IMG/VR virus record: IMGVR_UViG_3300033072_001141
Location: 17,794 to 81,793 of that record
DNA length: 64,000 nucleotides
Reading direction: 5' to 3' (one strand)
Origin: a virus
Taxonomy: Duplodnaviria > Caudoviricetes
In this document: positions 9,046 through 17,853 of the stretch, in pieces
How the letters are laid out: the number at the start of each line of letters is the position of its first letter
Numbering within the stretch: position 1 is the stretch's first letter
Notes under the pieces: generated by a model
What the model was told of the DNA's origin: nothing
Database searches by the model: none
Seen by the model: only the letters and a program-made list of their open reading frames with translations
Program-made: the position numbers and the translations under genes

Positions 9046-10131
9046 TCACGCCAGCGGCGTCGTAGCGCCGTCCCAGAGGAGCCAGAGGCCGCCCGTCTGA
9101 CCCATCCTGGTCAGCGCGGCGTTCGTGTCGAGGTTGTTGAACCCGGCGGCACTGGAGATGCCCTTGATGAACGGACTCTCCCCCTTGATGAGGCCGATGC
9201 TGCCAGGGTTTCCGAACGGCGGGGTCCCGGTTGCCGGAACCAGGTTCGTCGAAGCCCAGTAGGCGGGCTCGACGATGTCGATGTCGTTGTCGTACGGGTT
9301 GTTGCCGCCAGGGTCGTGAACCTTACCCCCGGTCCAGTACCCAGGACGAAGAATCGTGTGTCGCTGAGCGGCATCGACCCGTGGTGCCATGTGAGCCGGG
9401 CGCCCCCACGGGCCCTGGTTCGACTGGGTGATGTCGCTGACGCTGCCGACGCCTGCGTCACCGTAGGTCCATCCGGATCGCTGATCCCAGAGCGTACCGG
9501 TCGTGGTCGTGAACGGGTTGCTGTAGCAGCCGGGCGACCAGACGATGTACGGATCGGTGTCGGATACGTGCGGGTTGACCACGCGTTCGTAGAACAAGCC
9601 GCCCACGATCGCACCCGACGAGTTGCGCAGGTACACGGCGAACGAGTAGCCCTCGGACGCGTCGCCGATGATGTAGTCCACCCTGGTGATGGTGGCCGCG
9701 TTCGACCACGAGTTGCCCGTCATCGCGAGCGATGGACGCTGCTCGCCGACCGCGATCCATGCGTCGGTCGCGGTGGGCGCAACGACTGCGCCGACGGTCC
9801 CATCACCCGATCCGGTGAAGCCGGCTCCTCGCGAGTAGAGCACCGAGATGTCGTCCGTCGCGACGCCGAACGCGCCGTGCTGGAAGAGCAGCTCGCGAAC
9901 GCCGGCCGGGTCGCGCATCCGCCACCAGGCGCGCCGGTTGGTCACCGCACCAGGAACCGCGTCGGCCACGGTCGAGTACGTCGTGAGGATGTCGCCGACG
10001 CCCGAGAACGTGCCGCCGTTTCCGTCTCCGGATCCGAGGACAGACCACCCGGCCACCTTGAGCCGCTCCTTGAGTTCGTAGAGCGCCTGCTGGGGCGAGT
10101 GGACGTTGTTGAGGCTGAACGTGAAGGCCAT
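9046..10131 (-). CDS. Putative tail fibre/appendage protein, paralogue B
   Basis: 'MAFTFSLNN...LYELKERLKVAGWSVLGSG', aligns along its length with 10141-11124. Confidence 0.6.
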   Translation of the reverse strand: MAFTFSLNNVHSPQQALYELKERLKVAGWSVLGSGDGNGGTFSGVGDILTTYSTVADAVPGAVTNRRAWWRMRDPAGVRELLFQHGAFGVATDDISVLYSRGAGFTGSGDGTVGAVVAPTATDAWIAVGEQRPSLAMTGNSWSNAATITRVDYIIGDASEGYSFAVYLRNSSGAIVGGLFYERVVNPHVSDTDPYIVWSPGCYSNPFTTTTGTLWDQRSGWTYGDAGVGSVSDITQSNQGPWGRPAHMAPRVDAAQRHTILRPGYWTGGKVHDPGGNNPYDNDIDIVEPAYWASTNLVPATGTPPFGNPGSIGLIKGESPFIKGISSAAGFNNLDTNAALTRMGQTGGLWLLWDGATTPLA

Positions 10132-10140
10132 GCTCGCTCC

Positions 10141-11124
10141 TCAGAAGATCGGGATGGTCGAGCCGTCCCACGGGATGCTCACGACGCCGAGGCCCATGCG
10201 GGTGCGGCCCACGTTGGGCCTCATGATCCCAAGTCTCGGCTGGAAGGTCCGGAAGAGACGCGACTTGCCCTTGTAGCCGCGCTCCGTCGCGAACGTGGAA
10301 CCGCCACGCCAGTACCAGACCTGGAGATCCTGGAAGAGCCCAGCGGGGTCCACCGTCTGGCGATCGTTGTTCATCGGAATGGTGGAACCGCCCTCAAGGC
10401 CGCCCCAATAGACGTTGGGGAATGCGACGAAGGCGGCCCCGCTCAGCCCCTTGCGGTACCAGCCCCGCTGGCACCCGGTCGTCTGCGACACCGCCGTCGC
10501 CGATTGCTGCACATTGGCCGCCTCGGCGAACCCCGCCGCGCCCTGGAGCGTGGTGCCGATGATCGCCGGGTCCGTGTCCGCCGGGTCGGCGTCCGAGATC
10601 ACGTCGAGGCTCAGCACCGAGGCGTACGACTGCTCGTTCGTCCTGCGGCATCCCCAGAAGAACGAGAAGCCCTCCGCCGAGTCGCCGACGATGATGTCCT
10701 CGCGATAGGTCGCGTTGGTGGGGAGCCACTGCGTGGCGCCGCTGGGCGTGTTGGTGATCCCCTGCTCGTCAGCCGCGGTGCCGCGCGTGGTCGCGTTGGG
10801 CGCGCCACCTGTGAATCCGGTGCCGTCCGACGAGTACCACGTCCTCCAGGTGTGCCCGTTCGTGTTGGGGGTCTGGAAGAGGATGGACCGCCTCGGGCTC
10901 GCCGCGACTGGCTGTCGGATCTCGAACCAGGCGTTAGCCAAGTCGAGCGTGCCGCCATAGGGACCACCCGGCGCGTGAACGTCGCCAGCGCCATTGAACG
11001 CGCCGCCGGTGCCGCTGCCCGACCTGGCAACGACCCATCCCTGTGCGACGAGGAACTCCTTGAGCAGCCAGAGAGCGTGCCCTCCGGTCGTCGGCAGGTT
11101 GTTCAGAGAGAAAGCCCAGGCCAT
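10141..11124 (-). CDS. Putative tail fibre/appendage protein, paralogue A
   Basis: 'MAWAFSLNN...LWLLKEFLVAQGWVVARSG'; C-terminal WDG.T.P shared with the neighbour. Confidence 0.6.
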   Translation of the reverse strand: MAWAFSLNNLPTTGGHALWLLKEFLVAQGWVVARSGSGTGGAFNGAGDVHAPGGPYGGTLDLANAWFEIRQPVAASPRRSILFQTPNTNGHTWRTWYSSDGTGFTGGAPNATTRGTAADEQGITNTPSGATQWLPTNATYREDIIVGDSAEGFSFFWGCRRTNEQSYASVLSLDVISDADPADTDPAIIGTTLQGAAGFAEAANVQQSATAVSQTTGCQRGWYRKGLSGAAFVAFPNVYWGGLEGGSTIPMNNDRQTVDPAGLFQDLQVWYWRGGSTFATERGYKGKSRLFRTFQPRLGIMRPNVGRTRMGLGVVSIPWDGSTIPIF

Positions 11125-11134
11125 CGCGCTCTCC

Positions 11135-12856
11135 TTACTCCTGCACCGTGAGGAGCATGACGCCCTTCACGAGGGCCGTCTCCGCGACGCCGCCCGCGTA
11201 GAGGTAGAAGTCGTACCAGTCGTCGGCGGGGATCGTCACGTCCGCGACGAGCTGCACATCTCCGAGCGCGGCCGTGACCGACCAGGTCGCGATCACTGCG
11301 CCGCCGGTGAACCGACGCAGCTCCAAGGTGGCGGTCTCGGACGGGATGGACCCTCCGAGCATGGCCGCGCTGGCCGCCAAGAGGCGCTGATTGGAAGCCA
11401 GCTTCACCGATCCGACATGGAGCGCGGTCGTCCCGACCTGCTGCTTGTCGAGGACGATGTCGCGGTACGTCGGCGTGAACAGGAACACCGACCCGGAGAA
11501 CCCGGACTGGGTCTGGAAGATGGTCGTGTCCGGGTCGGTGAACTGGACCGAGATCGAACCGAAGGCTCCGGAGACAGCGTCGCTGTCCAGGCGCGATCTG
11601 TCTCGCAGCTCGAAGTTGCACGCGCCGCCGTTGTTGAGGACCGCGGTCGAGAAGAGCCTGGACTGGCCACGGAGGACGAAGTTGATGCCGCCGGACGCCA
11701 GGATGGCGAGGATGCCGTTCGACGCGACGCCGCCGTCCCAGTCCGCGTCCTCCAGTTCGTACCTGGAGAAGCCGCTTCCGAAGAAGGTGATGGGCGAAGC
11801 GGCGCCAGCGGCGAGCTGGAGCACCAGCCTCGTCGTCCGGAAGTTGCCGGTGATGGTGGCGCCGTTCTGGATCTGGATCGTCGGCCTGCTGCCGGTGAAG
11901 GTGTTGTAGGCGCCGACCAGTTCCACGTCGTCGAGGTTGTATGGGCCTCCGGCCGAGATCACCGGGGAACCGAGCGCGTCGCTGACCCTCACGATCTTGG
12001 GCCCAGCGACCGCGCTGATCGCCGCGTAGAGCGTGGCCCAGGTGTTGTAGACGTTGCCGGTCTCGACCCCGCCCTCCTCGTACACGAAGACGGCCGTCGA
12101 GCCTCCCGGAGCCGGCGACGAGACCCACTGCGTCCCGTCCCACAGGAGCACGTCGTTCAGCGCCGGAGCGATGCTCGGATCGATGGGGTCTCCGCGCAGC
12201 GCGACGACCGACACCGCGGTGATCGGGCCAGAGATGTCTCCGCCGATGGTCACCGGCGTCCAGTTGGGGCTGACGAACGCGAGGAGCTGGTTCGCGGTGG
12301 GGGCCGTCCCGACGACGTTCGTCCCCCGGATCCTCTCCACCACGTTCGTGCCCGAGGGCCCGGTCACGTCGCCGGCCAGGGTCACCGCTCCGCCGCCCTG
12401 CGTCGATCCGATGCCGGAGACGGTGTCTCCGTTCGACATGAGCAGGCCGTTCCGCCAGAAGAGCTGCGTTCCGCGGCGGATGCAGAGAACGACGGAGTTG
12501 TCGTTCGAGAGAGCGAAGCCGGCCGACGAGACGGCCATGGAGGCGTTCGCTCCGAGCGCGCGCGCGACGTTGCCGCGCACGACCTGGCCGTCCGCGATGG
12601 TCACGCTGCCCGCTGGGATCTGGTTCAGGAAGCCCGTGTTGGGGCTGAGGAACTCGATGGCAGAGGACCAGCTCAGCACGCCGGTGCCGGAGTTCCACGC
12701 GACGGTCCCGCCGCCCATGATGAGGAGGTTGCGGTCTTCGCGCGCGGCGTAGCCCGACGCATCCATCCCACGGATGAGATCGACGAACCTCTCCCACCAC
12801 GGATCTTCGTTCTCCGATGGGTAGGACCACTGCATCCTGGGGGAGGACTCGGTCAT
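11135..12856 (-). CDS. Tail fibre protein
   Basis: 573 aa; 'LAGDVTGP/IGGDISGP' and 'DVLLWDGTQW' fibre-type repeats; directly after baseplate J. Confidence 0.6.
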   Translation of the reverse strand: MTESSPRMQWSYPSENEDPWWERFVDLIRGMDASGYAAREDRNLLIMGGGTVAWNSGTGVLSWSSAIEFLSPNTGFLNQIPAGSVTIADGQVVRGNVARALGANASMAVSSAGFALSNDNSVVLCIRRGTQLFWRNGLLMSNGDTVSGIGSTQGGGAVTLAGDVTGPSGTNVVERIRGTNVVGTAPTANQLLAFVSPNWTPVTIGGDISGPITAVSVVALRGDPIDPSIAPALNDVLLWDGTQWVSSPAPGGSTAVFVYEEGGVETGNVYNTWATLYAAISAVAGPKIVRVSDALGSPVISAGGPYNLDDVELVGAYNTFTGSRPTIQIQNGATITGNFRTTRLVLQLAAGAASPITFFGSGFSRYELEDADWDGGVASNGILAILASGGINFVLRGQSRLFSTAVLNNGGACNFELRDRSRLDSDAVSGAFGSISVQFTDPDTTIFQTQSGFSGSVFLFTPTYRDIVLDKQQVGTTALHVGSVKLASNQRLLAASAAMLGGSIPSETATLELRRFTGGAVIATWSVTAALGDVQLVADVTIPADDWYDFYLYAGGVAETALVKGVMLLTVQE

Positions 12857-12872
12857 CGCTCACTTCCCGTCT

Positions 12873-14987
12873 TCATGCTGCCGCCACCTGTCCGGTCAGG
12901 GTGACGGTTCCCTTGGTCACCACCTGCTTCGACTCGATGACGAGGTTGCCGTCTCCATCGACGAGCAGAGCGGGTCCGGTGATGCGGAAGATCGCGTACA
13001 TGATTCCGTCCACGCCCTTCTGACCGGTCGATGGATCGGGGACGATCGAAGCGTAGAGGTCGCTGAGGCGCAAGGACTTCCCGAACGGGCGGACCTGGAG
13101 GAGGCCGTCGAGCGCCTTGCGGACGTTCGAGAGAACGGTCGCCTGGACGTACCCGTCCCGGATGCCGATCGTGCCCGTGATGTCCGCGCGGACCAGGTAC
13201 GGGCCGCCGGAGACAACCTCCACCACCTGGGTGACCTCCTTCCGCTCTTCGAGGTACGCCTCCAGGCTGCGCATGAGGGCGATCGGGGGCTCGGTGAGGA
13301 AGCCGTCCACGTCCCGGGTGAGGATGGGCACCTGGACGAGGTTCGCCTGGCAGTCGGCCGCGAGGAAGGCATCGACGTGATCGAAGATCGCTTGCAGCTC
13401 GTCCTCGACCAGGTTCTCGAACTGGGTCGTGACCCTCGTGATGATGGCGGCGATCGTCGTCTGCTGCGCGGCCAGCTCGGTCGTCTGGACGGAGAGCGCG
13501 TTGGTCACGTCCACGATCGAGGCGTTCGCGTCCGCCGTCGCCTGCTCGATGTTCCCGGTCGCCGTGACGATTGCCTGGACCTGAGCTTCGACGTTCGAGA
13601 GCTGCGTCTTGATGTCGTTGAACGCCGCGTCCTTGAGCAGAAGCGTGGCCGCAGCAAGCCCCTCGTCGGCTCGCACCGACGCGTTGTTCGCGATGACGCG
13701 GATGGACTGTGCCGCCGACCGCGCGTCGATGGCGTCGCCCGCCGCGCTCGGCGTCTGCGGAGCAGTCACGATGGCGTCCAGCGACGCCTGGATGTCGGTC
13801 GTGACGGCCGTGTCGATGTCCCCGCGCGCGCCGTCGATGGCGACGCGGTTGGCCTCGGCGGAGTTGGCCAGCGCCGTCACGTCGTCCGCGACCGGCTGCA
13901 CCAGCCCGCGGATGTTGTTCAGGAGCGCCTGGAGTCCAAGGTCGTTGTCGGCTCCACGAGCCACGAACGCCTGCGCCACGGCCACGGAGCCGGCGAGAGG
14001 GTCGCTGAACGTCTGCGAGAGGCCGACGTAGTCCTCCTGCGTCACGGCGACGTTGCGGGCCTTGAAGAACCGCGGCGCGTTCGCCTTGGCGGTGGTCGTG
14101 TCCTCGGGGTCGGCTCCACCCGAGCTGGGCGCCGGGTTCGTGATGGTGAGGGGGATGGCCTGGAACATCACCACCAGAGGCGCGACCACATCGGTGATCG
14201 TTCCGTTCAACACGAGGCCGCTCTTGCCAGAGGTCGCGGTGTAGACCACCACGATGCTCGCGCCGGAGGCGGGCACGTTGCCGGCGACGCCGTCTCCGAA
14301 ACGAACGGTCGTGGGGTCCGAGTTGAAGTCCACCTCGACCTGGTTGGTCTGATCGAAGGTGATCAGGTCCGTGATGTCCCACGGCACCCCGGCCACCGTG
14401 ACCGAGACGGTGCCCTCCGCGACGAACTTCCCGTCGCCCGGGTTCAGCCGGAAGACCTGGTTCTTGGACCCGTTGGACGTGAACGTCTCGGTCCTGGTCG
14501 TGCCCTCGCGGCAGGCGATGGTCCTGGCTGGCGAGAGGGGGCCCTCTCCGGCCAGGAAGGTCACCGCCTCGGTCGCCTCGAACACCAGGCCGGACGGGCC
14601 CTCGAACTGGAAGCCGACGGGGACGGGGACGTTGAAGGCGTAGATCTGCCGGAGGTTCACCTCCAGATCCACGGAGGCGGCGATGCCGCCAGCCATCTTG
14701 TAGCCGATCTGCCGACAGAGCCGGTTGACGGCCTTCCTGGTCCGCGCCGTCAGGAGATAGCTCTCCGACGCCTGGCGATCGATGTAGAAGCTCAGCGTCT
14801 CCGCGGCCCACGCCACGATGTCGATGAGCATCTGGCCGGTCCCCGAGACGACGAAGTCGTTGAACTCGGTGACGAAAAGGGTCTGAATCCTCGCGACGAT
14901 GTCATCGACGAAGCTGAAAAAGTCCTTGCCGGCGAAGCGGGCCCTGTTGATCTGCGCGGCAGGGCTCTCGATCTGGATCGGATCCAT
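12873..14987 (-). CDS. Baseplate J / T4 gp6-like wedge protein with helical insertion
   Basis: 'KDFFSF...GQMLIDIVAWAAETLSFYIDRQASESYLLTARTR...IGYK', 'VRFGDGVAGNVP', 'GGADPE...NAPRFF..RNVAVTQEDY'. Confidence 0.85.
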   Translation of the reverse strand: MDPIQIESPAAQINRARFAGKDFFSFVDDIVARIQTLFVTEFNDFVVSGTGQMLIDIVAWAAETLSFYIDRQASESYLLTARTRKAVNRLCRQIGYKMAGGIAASVDLEVNLRQIYAFNVPVPVGFQFEGPSGLVFEATEAVTFLAGEGPLSPARTIACREGTTRTETFTSNGSKNQVFRLNPGDGKFVAEGTVSVTVAGVPWDITDLITFDQTNQVEVDFNSDPTTVRFGDGVAGNVPASGASIVVVYTATSGKSGLVLNGTITDVVAPLVVMFQAIPLTITNPAPSSGGADPEDTTTAKANAPRFFKARNVAVTQEDYVGLSQTFSDPLAGSVAVAQAFVARGADNDLGLQALLNNIRGLVQPVADDVTALANSAEANRVAIDGARGDIDTAVTTDIQASLDAIVTAPQTPSAAGDAIDARSAAQSIRVIANNASVRADEGLAAATLLLKDAAFNDIKTQLSNVEAQVQAIVTATGNIEQATADANASIVDVTNALSVQTTELAAQQTTIAAIITRVTTQFENLVEDELQAIFDHVDAFLAADCQANLVQVPILTRDVDGFLTEPPIALMRSLEAYLEERKEVTQVVEVVSGGPYLVRADITGTIGIRDGYVQATVLSNVRKALDGLLQVRPFGKSLRLSDLYASIVPDPSTGQKGVDGIMYAIFRITGPALLVDGDGNLVIESKQVVTKGTVTLTGQVAAA

Positions 14988-15493
14988 TAGGCCACCTGCT
15001 TCCAGGTCCGCCCGACCACGATGTGGTTGACGGTCTGCTCGGCCACCCCGAACTCACGCGCGAGTTCGCGCTGAGTGGAGCCCTCGCGAACCCTCGACTT
15101 GATGACCGATACCTGAGCCTCGGTCAGCCTGGCGCGAACGTGAGCGCTTCCGCGAGGTCTTGCTTCCGGCTTCGTCCTGGCGCCGCTACGGTCCCCTGCG
15201 GCGGTTCTGCCCTTGGCACCTCGGTCAGCCGCGTTGTCCGCATCGGACCCGGCGAAAAGGTGGTCGGGACGAACGCAGCCGGGGTTGTCGCACTTGTGAA
15301 GAGCGCACATCCCATCTGGAAGCGGACCGTTCGTCAGCTCGAACGAAAACCTGTGCGCCCGTACGGTCTTGCGCCTGGTGATCGCGAAGCGGCCATAGCC
15401 CTTCGATGTGGCACCAAGCCAGATCCAGCAGGTGTCGGTCTTGCTGACCTTCGACCAGAACCGGTCTTCGATGGCTTGCGTCTTGACGAACAC
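14987..15493 (-). CDS. HNH homing endonuclease with C-terminal HTH
   Basis: 'RFWSKV..TDTCWIWLG..GYGRF..RAHRFSF..LHKCDNPGCVRPDHLF.G...N' plus 'RLTEAQV..I...TQRELAREFGV'. Confidence 0.9.
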   Translation of the reverse strand: MFVKTQAIEDRFWSKVSKTDTCWIWLGATSKGYGRFAITRRKTVRAHRFSFELTNGPLPDGMCALHKCDNPGCVRPDHLFAGSDADNAADRGAKGRTAAGDRSGARTKPEARPRGSAHVRARLTEAQVSVIKSRVREGSTQRELAREFGVAEQTVNHIVVGRTWKQVA

Positions 15494-15545
15494 GGTGCCG
15501 CTGCTCCTTCACTCCCTGGACCAGGGAGCACTGCTTCTTCGACGA

Positions 15546-15914
15546 TCACGCGCTGAACGAAGTGCTCGCCCGTCGGATGACTCCTACCACCTCGAAGGTC
15601 ACATCGACCAGGATCTCCACCCCGTCCGAGGTCTCGCGCTCGGTCACCTCGACGAAGAGGATGCGCGCCCGCGGCTCTCCAGCCGAGATCGCGCGGCGAA
15701 CTTCGTGGTCTACCCGCGCCCGAAGCAGGGGCCCGGAGTTCTCGAAGATGAAGCTGTAGGTGTCCGACCCTGCGTCCGGTCGCATGACCCTGGATCCACG
15801 GGGGGTCTGGAGGATGCGGGCGATGTTGTCCGCGACCACGTCCTCGTCGGTCCTCGGAGCTGGCAGCCCGAACGCCGAACGGGTGAACGGGAAGGCAATC
15901 CCTCTGATCGTCAC
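15546..15914 (-). CDS. Baseplate wedge/sheath initiator (gp25/gpW-like)
   Basis: 'VADNIARILQTPRGSRVMRPDAGS...FIFE...AISAGEPRARI'. Confidence 0.9.
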   Translation of the reverse strand: MTIRGIAFPFTRSAFGLPAPRTDEDVVADNIARILQTPRGSRVMRPDAGSDTYSFIFENSGPLLRARVDHEVRRAISAGEPRARILFVEVTERETSDGVEILVDVTFEVVGVIRRASTSFSA

Positions 15915-16423
15915 GCCGCCCTCCAGTTACGGCCCGCCAGGGCCATCCAGATTGCCCCCTGTGACACGCCGTATTCGGCCGCAAGCGCCCTCTGCGTCAC
16001 CCCTCCCTCGACGTATCGCGATCGAATCTTCGCGACCTGCTCCTCCGTAAGCCTCGACCTTCCGTTCTTCCCCCCCGCGTTTGAGGTGCCCTTGTAAGAG
16101 GCTCGGCCCTTGGAGGCCATGTCCCTCATATTGTCTCGCTGCGTACCGATGAACAGGTGGTCGGGTCTCACGCACCTCGGGTTGTCGCAGCGGTGGAGCA
16201 CGCTCATTCCCGGCGGAAGCTCACCGTTCGTCAGTTTCCACGCGATCCTGGCCGCTCCCTCCGGTCGCCTGGATCCATCCGCCTTCGACCCAACGTTGAG
16301 GAACCCATAGCCGTTGCCGAAGTAGGCGCCATCCCACTCCCAGCAGTCGCTCGGACCGGCTCCGCAGAAGCGGACCTTCTCCCAGAACCGCGTCTCTAGC
16401 GGAGTGGTGAACCGGATGGTCAT
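15911..16423 (-). CDS. HNH homing endonuclease with C-terminal HTH
   Basis: 'RFWEKV...CWEWDG...GYG...LHRCDNPRCVRPDHLFIGTQRDNMRDM'; start re-called at ATG 16423. Confidence 0.9.
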   Translation of the reverse strand: MTIRFTTPLETRFWEKVRFCGAGPSDCWEWDGAYFGNGYGFLNVGSKADGSRRPEGAARIAWKLTNGELPPGMSVLHRCDNPRCVRPDHLFIGTQRDNMRDMASKGRASYKGTSNAGGKNGRSRLTEEQVAKIRSRYVEGGVTQRALAAEYGVSQGAIWMALAGRNWRAA

Positions 16424-16596
16424 GCCGCCGCCTCGACGGGACGGAAGGTCTTGCCCGAGAGCACCTGCCAGATGGCCATCTGCGAGACGCCGTACTTCTC
16501 GGCGAGCGCACGCTGGCTCACTCCACCCTGGCTGTACTCCGCCCGGATGATGTCTGCCTGCTCGACGGTGAGCTTCGCTCGTCCTCGCTTCTTCAC
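16420..16596 (-). CDS. 58 aa stand-alone HTH protein paralogous to the HNH C-terminal domain (absent from the ORF track)
   Basis: Translated by hand: MKKRGRAKLTVEQADIIRAEYSQGGVSQRALAEKYGVSQMAIWQVLSGKTFRPVEAAA; ATGA overlap with the HNH start. Confidence 0.75.
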   Translation of the reverse strand: MKKRGRAKLTVEQADIIRAEYSQGGVSQRALAEKYGVSQMAIWQVLSGKTFRPVEAAA

Positions 16597-16608
16597 GGCG
16601 CCCTAAGT

Positions 16609-17121
16609 CTACAGGATCGTCTGCGTGACGGGAGCCGCCGGAGCCACCACCGTCTGGATGGTCCCGCCGATGTTCGCCAGCGACAGGACCCTGGCGACGG
16701 CCTGAGCGGCCGACTCCAGCGTCATGCGACCGCTGGTGTTGGAAAGGAACTCGGAGGTCAGGACGGCAGCGATCGTTCCGACGCCGGGGGGCGGGATGAG
16801 CGTTCCCGGTACGATGACGGCAGGTCCGGGCAGCACCCAGATCGCCGAGGCGAGCGGGCTGCACGCCAGCCAGAACGCCGCGACCGCCGCCTGGATCTGC
16901 ACTGGCGCCACGTTGGCCTGGGAGAAGCCCTGGAGCGCCGCGCTGAACGCTGCCTTGGGCGCGGTGTCGAGGATGGGCCTGGCTGCCGGAACCCCGAGCA
17001 GCGATGCTCCTTGGAAGTAGTCCAGCCACGCGCGCGTGAGCGTGTCGATGGCCACGCTCTCCTGGTCCGTGCCCACCATGCGCGAGAGACCGTTCGCCAG
17101 AACTCCCGTGACGAGCGGCAT
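16609..17121 (-). CDS. Hypothetical baseplate-region protein
   Basis: 170 aa Ala-rich ORF abutting the spike gene. Confidence 0.6.
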   Translation of the reverse strand: MPLVTGVLANGLSRMVGTDQESVAIDTLTRAWLDYFQGASLLGVPAARPILDTAPKAAFSAALQGFSQANVAPVQIQAAVAAFWLACSPLASAIWVLPGPAVIVPGTLIPPPGVGTIAAVLTSEFLSNTSGRMTLESAAQAVARVLSLANIGGTIQTVVAPAAPVTQTIL

Positions 17122-17853
17122 CTACTTCACCTTGACGGTGCCCGAGAGGAAGTTCCTCCAGCGCGCCTTGATCCCCTGGAACTGCGCCGCGTTGATGGGC
17201 GTGCCCGACGGGCCCATGCCGGTGGGCACGGTGAGCGCGTTGATGGCGTCGATCAGCTCGTCGAGCAGGCCCTTGAGCGTGTCGCCGAGCACTGCCGCCT
17301 CGTTCGCGTCGAGCCCGATGTAGACGGTCTTCCCGCTCGCGTTGAACGCGCGCACGTTGCCGTCGTTGTCCATCTCGACGTAGGCGCCGTTCGCGTGCTC
17401 GATCCGCACCTTCTTGGCGTTGTCGCGCCCGTCGAGCGTGATCTTGTGCCCGTGAGGCGTCCACCATCCCCACGTGTCCGGGTCGCGGAGGTCCTCGGGG
17501 ATCTGATCTCGTCCCCAGACGCCCGCCTCCCAGACCGGCATGTCGAGCTTGCCGTTCTCGAAGGTGACCCAGACGATTGAGTCCACCGGCGGTGGCGCGC
17601 GGAACCCGTACCCGTTTCCAGCTCCACCTGGGAGCTTGGGGTACGCGATCCGCGAGACACCCTCCGCGTCGCCCACGGATGGAACGCGGACCCTGATCCG
17701 GCCCTGGTTGTTGTCGTCGGTGTTGCCGACGACGATGCCCCTGTAGACGCCGTAGTAGAGCCGGAACGACTCCAGCCCGTGCATCATGAGTTGGTCGAGG
17801 AACCGGAGGAACCCGGTGGCCGTGTAGGCGGGACCCGCACGCGTACCCATCAC
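17122..17853 (-). CDS. Baseplate spike (gp5/gpV OB-fold)
   Basis: 'YGVYRGIVVGNTD...GRIRVRVP...GYGF..PP.VDSIVWVTFENG..DMPVW'; C-terminal 'VPTGMGPSGTPIN'. Confidence 0.85.
   Translation of the reverse strand: MMGTRAGPAYTATGFLRFLDQLMMHGLESFRLYYGVYRGIVVGNTDDNNQGRIRVRVPSVGDAEGVSRIAYPKLPGGAGNGYGFRAPPPVDSIVWVTFENGKLDMPVWEAGVWGRDQIPEDLRDPDTWGWWTPHGHKITLDGRDNAKKVRIEHANGAYVEMDNDGNVRAFNASGKTVYIGLDANEAAVLGDTLKGLLDELIDAINALTVPTGMGPSGTPINAAQFQGIKARWRNFLSGTVKVK

Noticed and set aside
14987-15546. Start duplication for the baseplate J / HNH pair
   Set aside because: The upstream frame reads MIVEEAVLP versus MDPIQIESP; too weak to count
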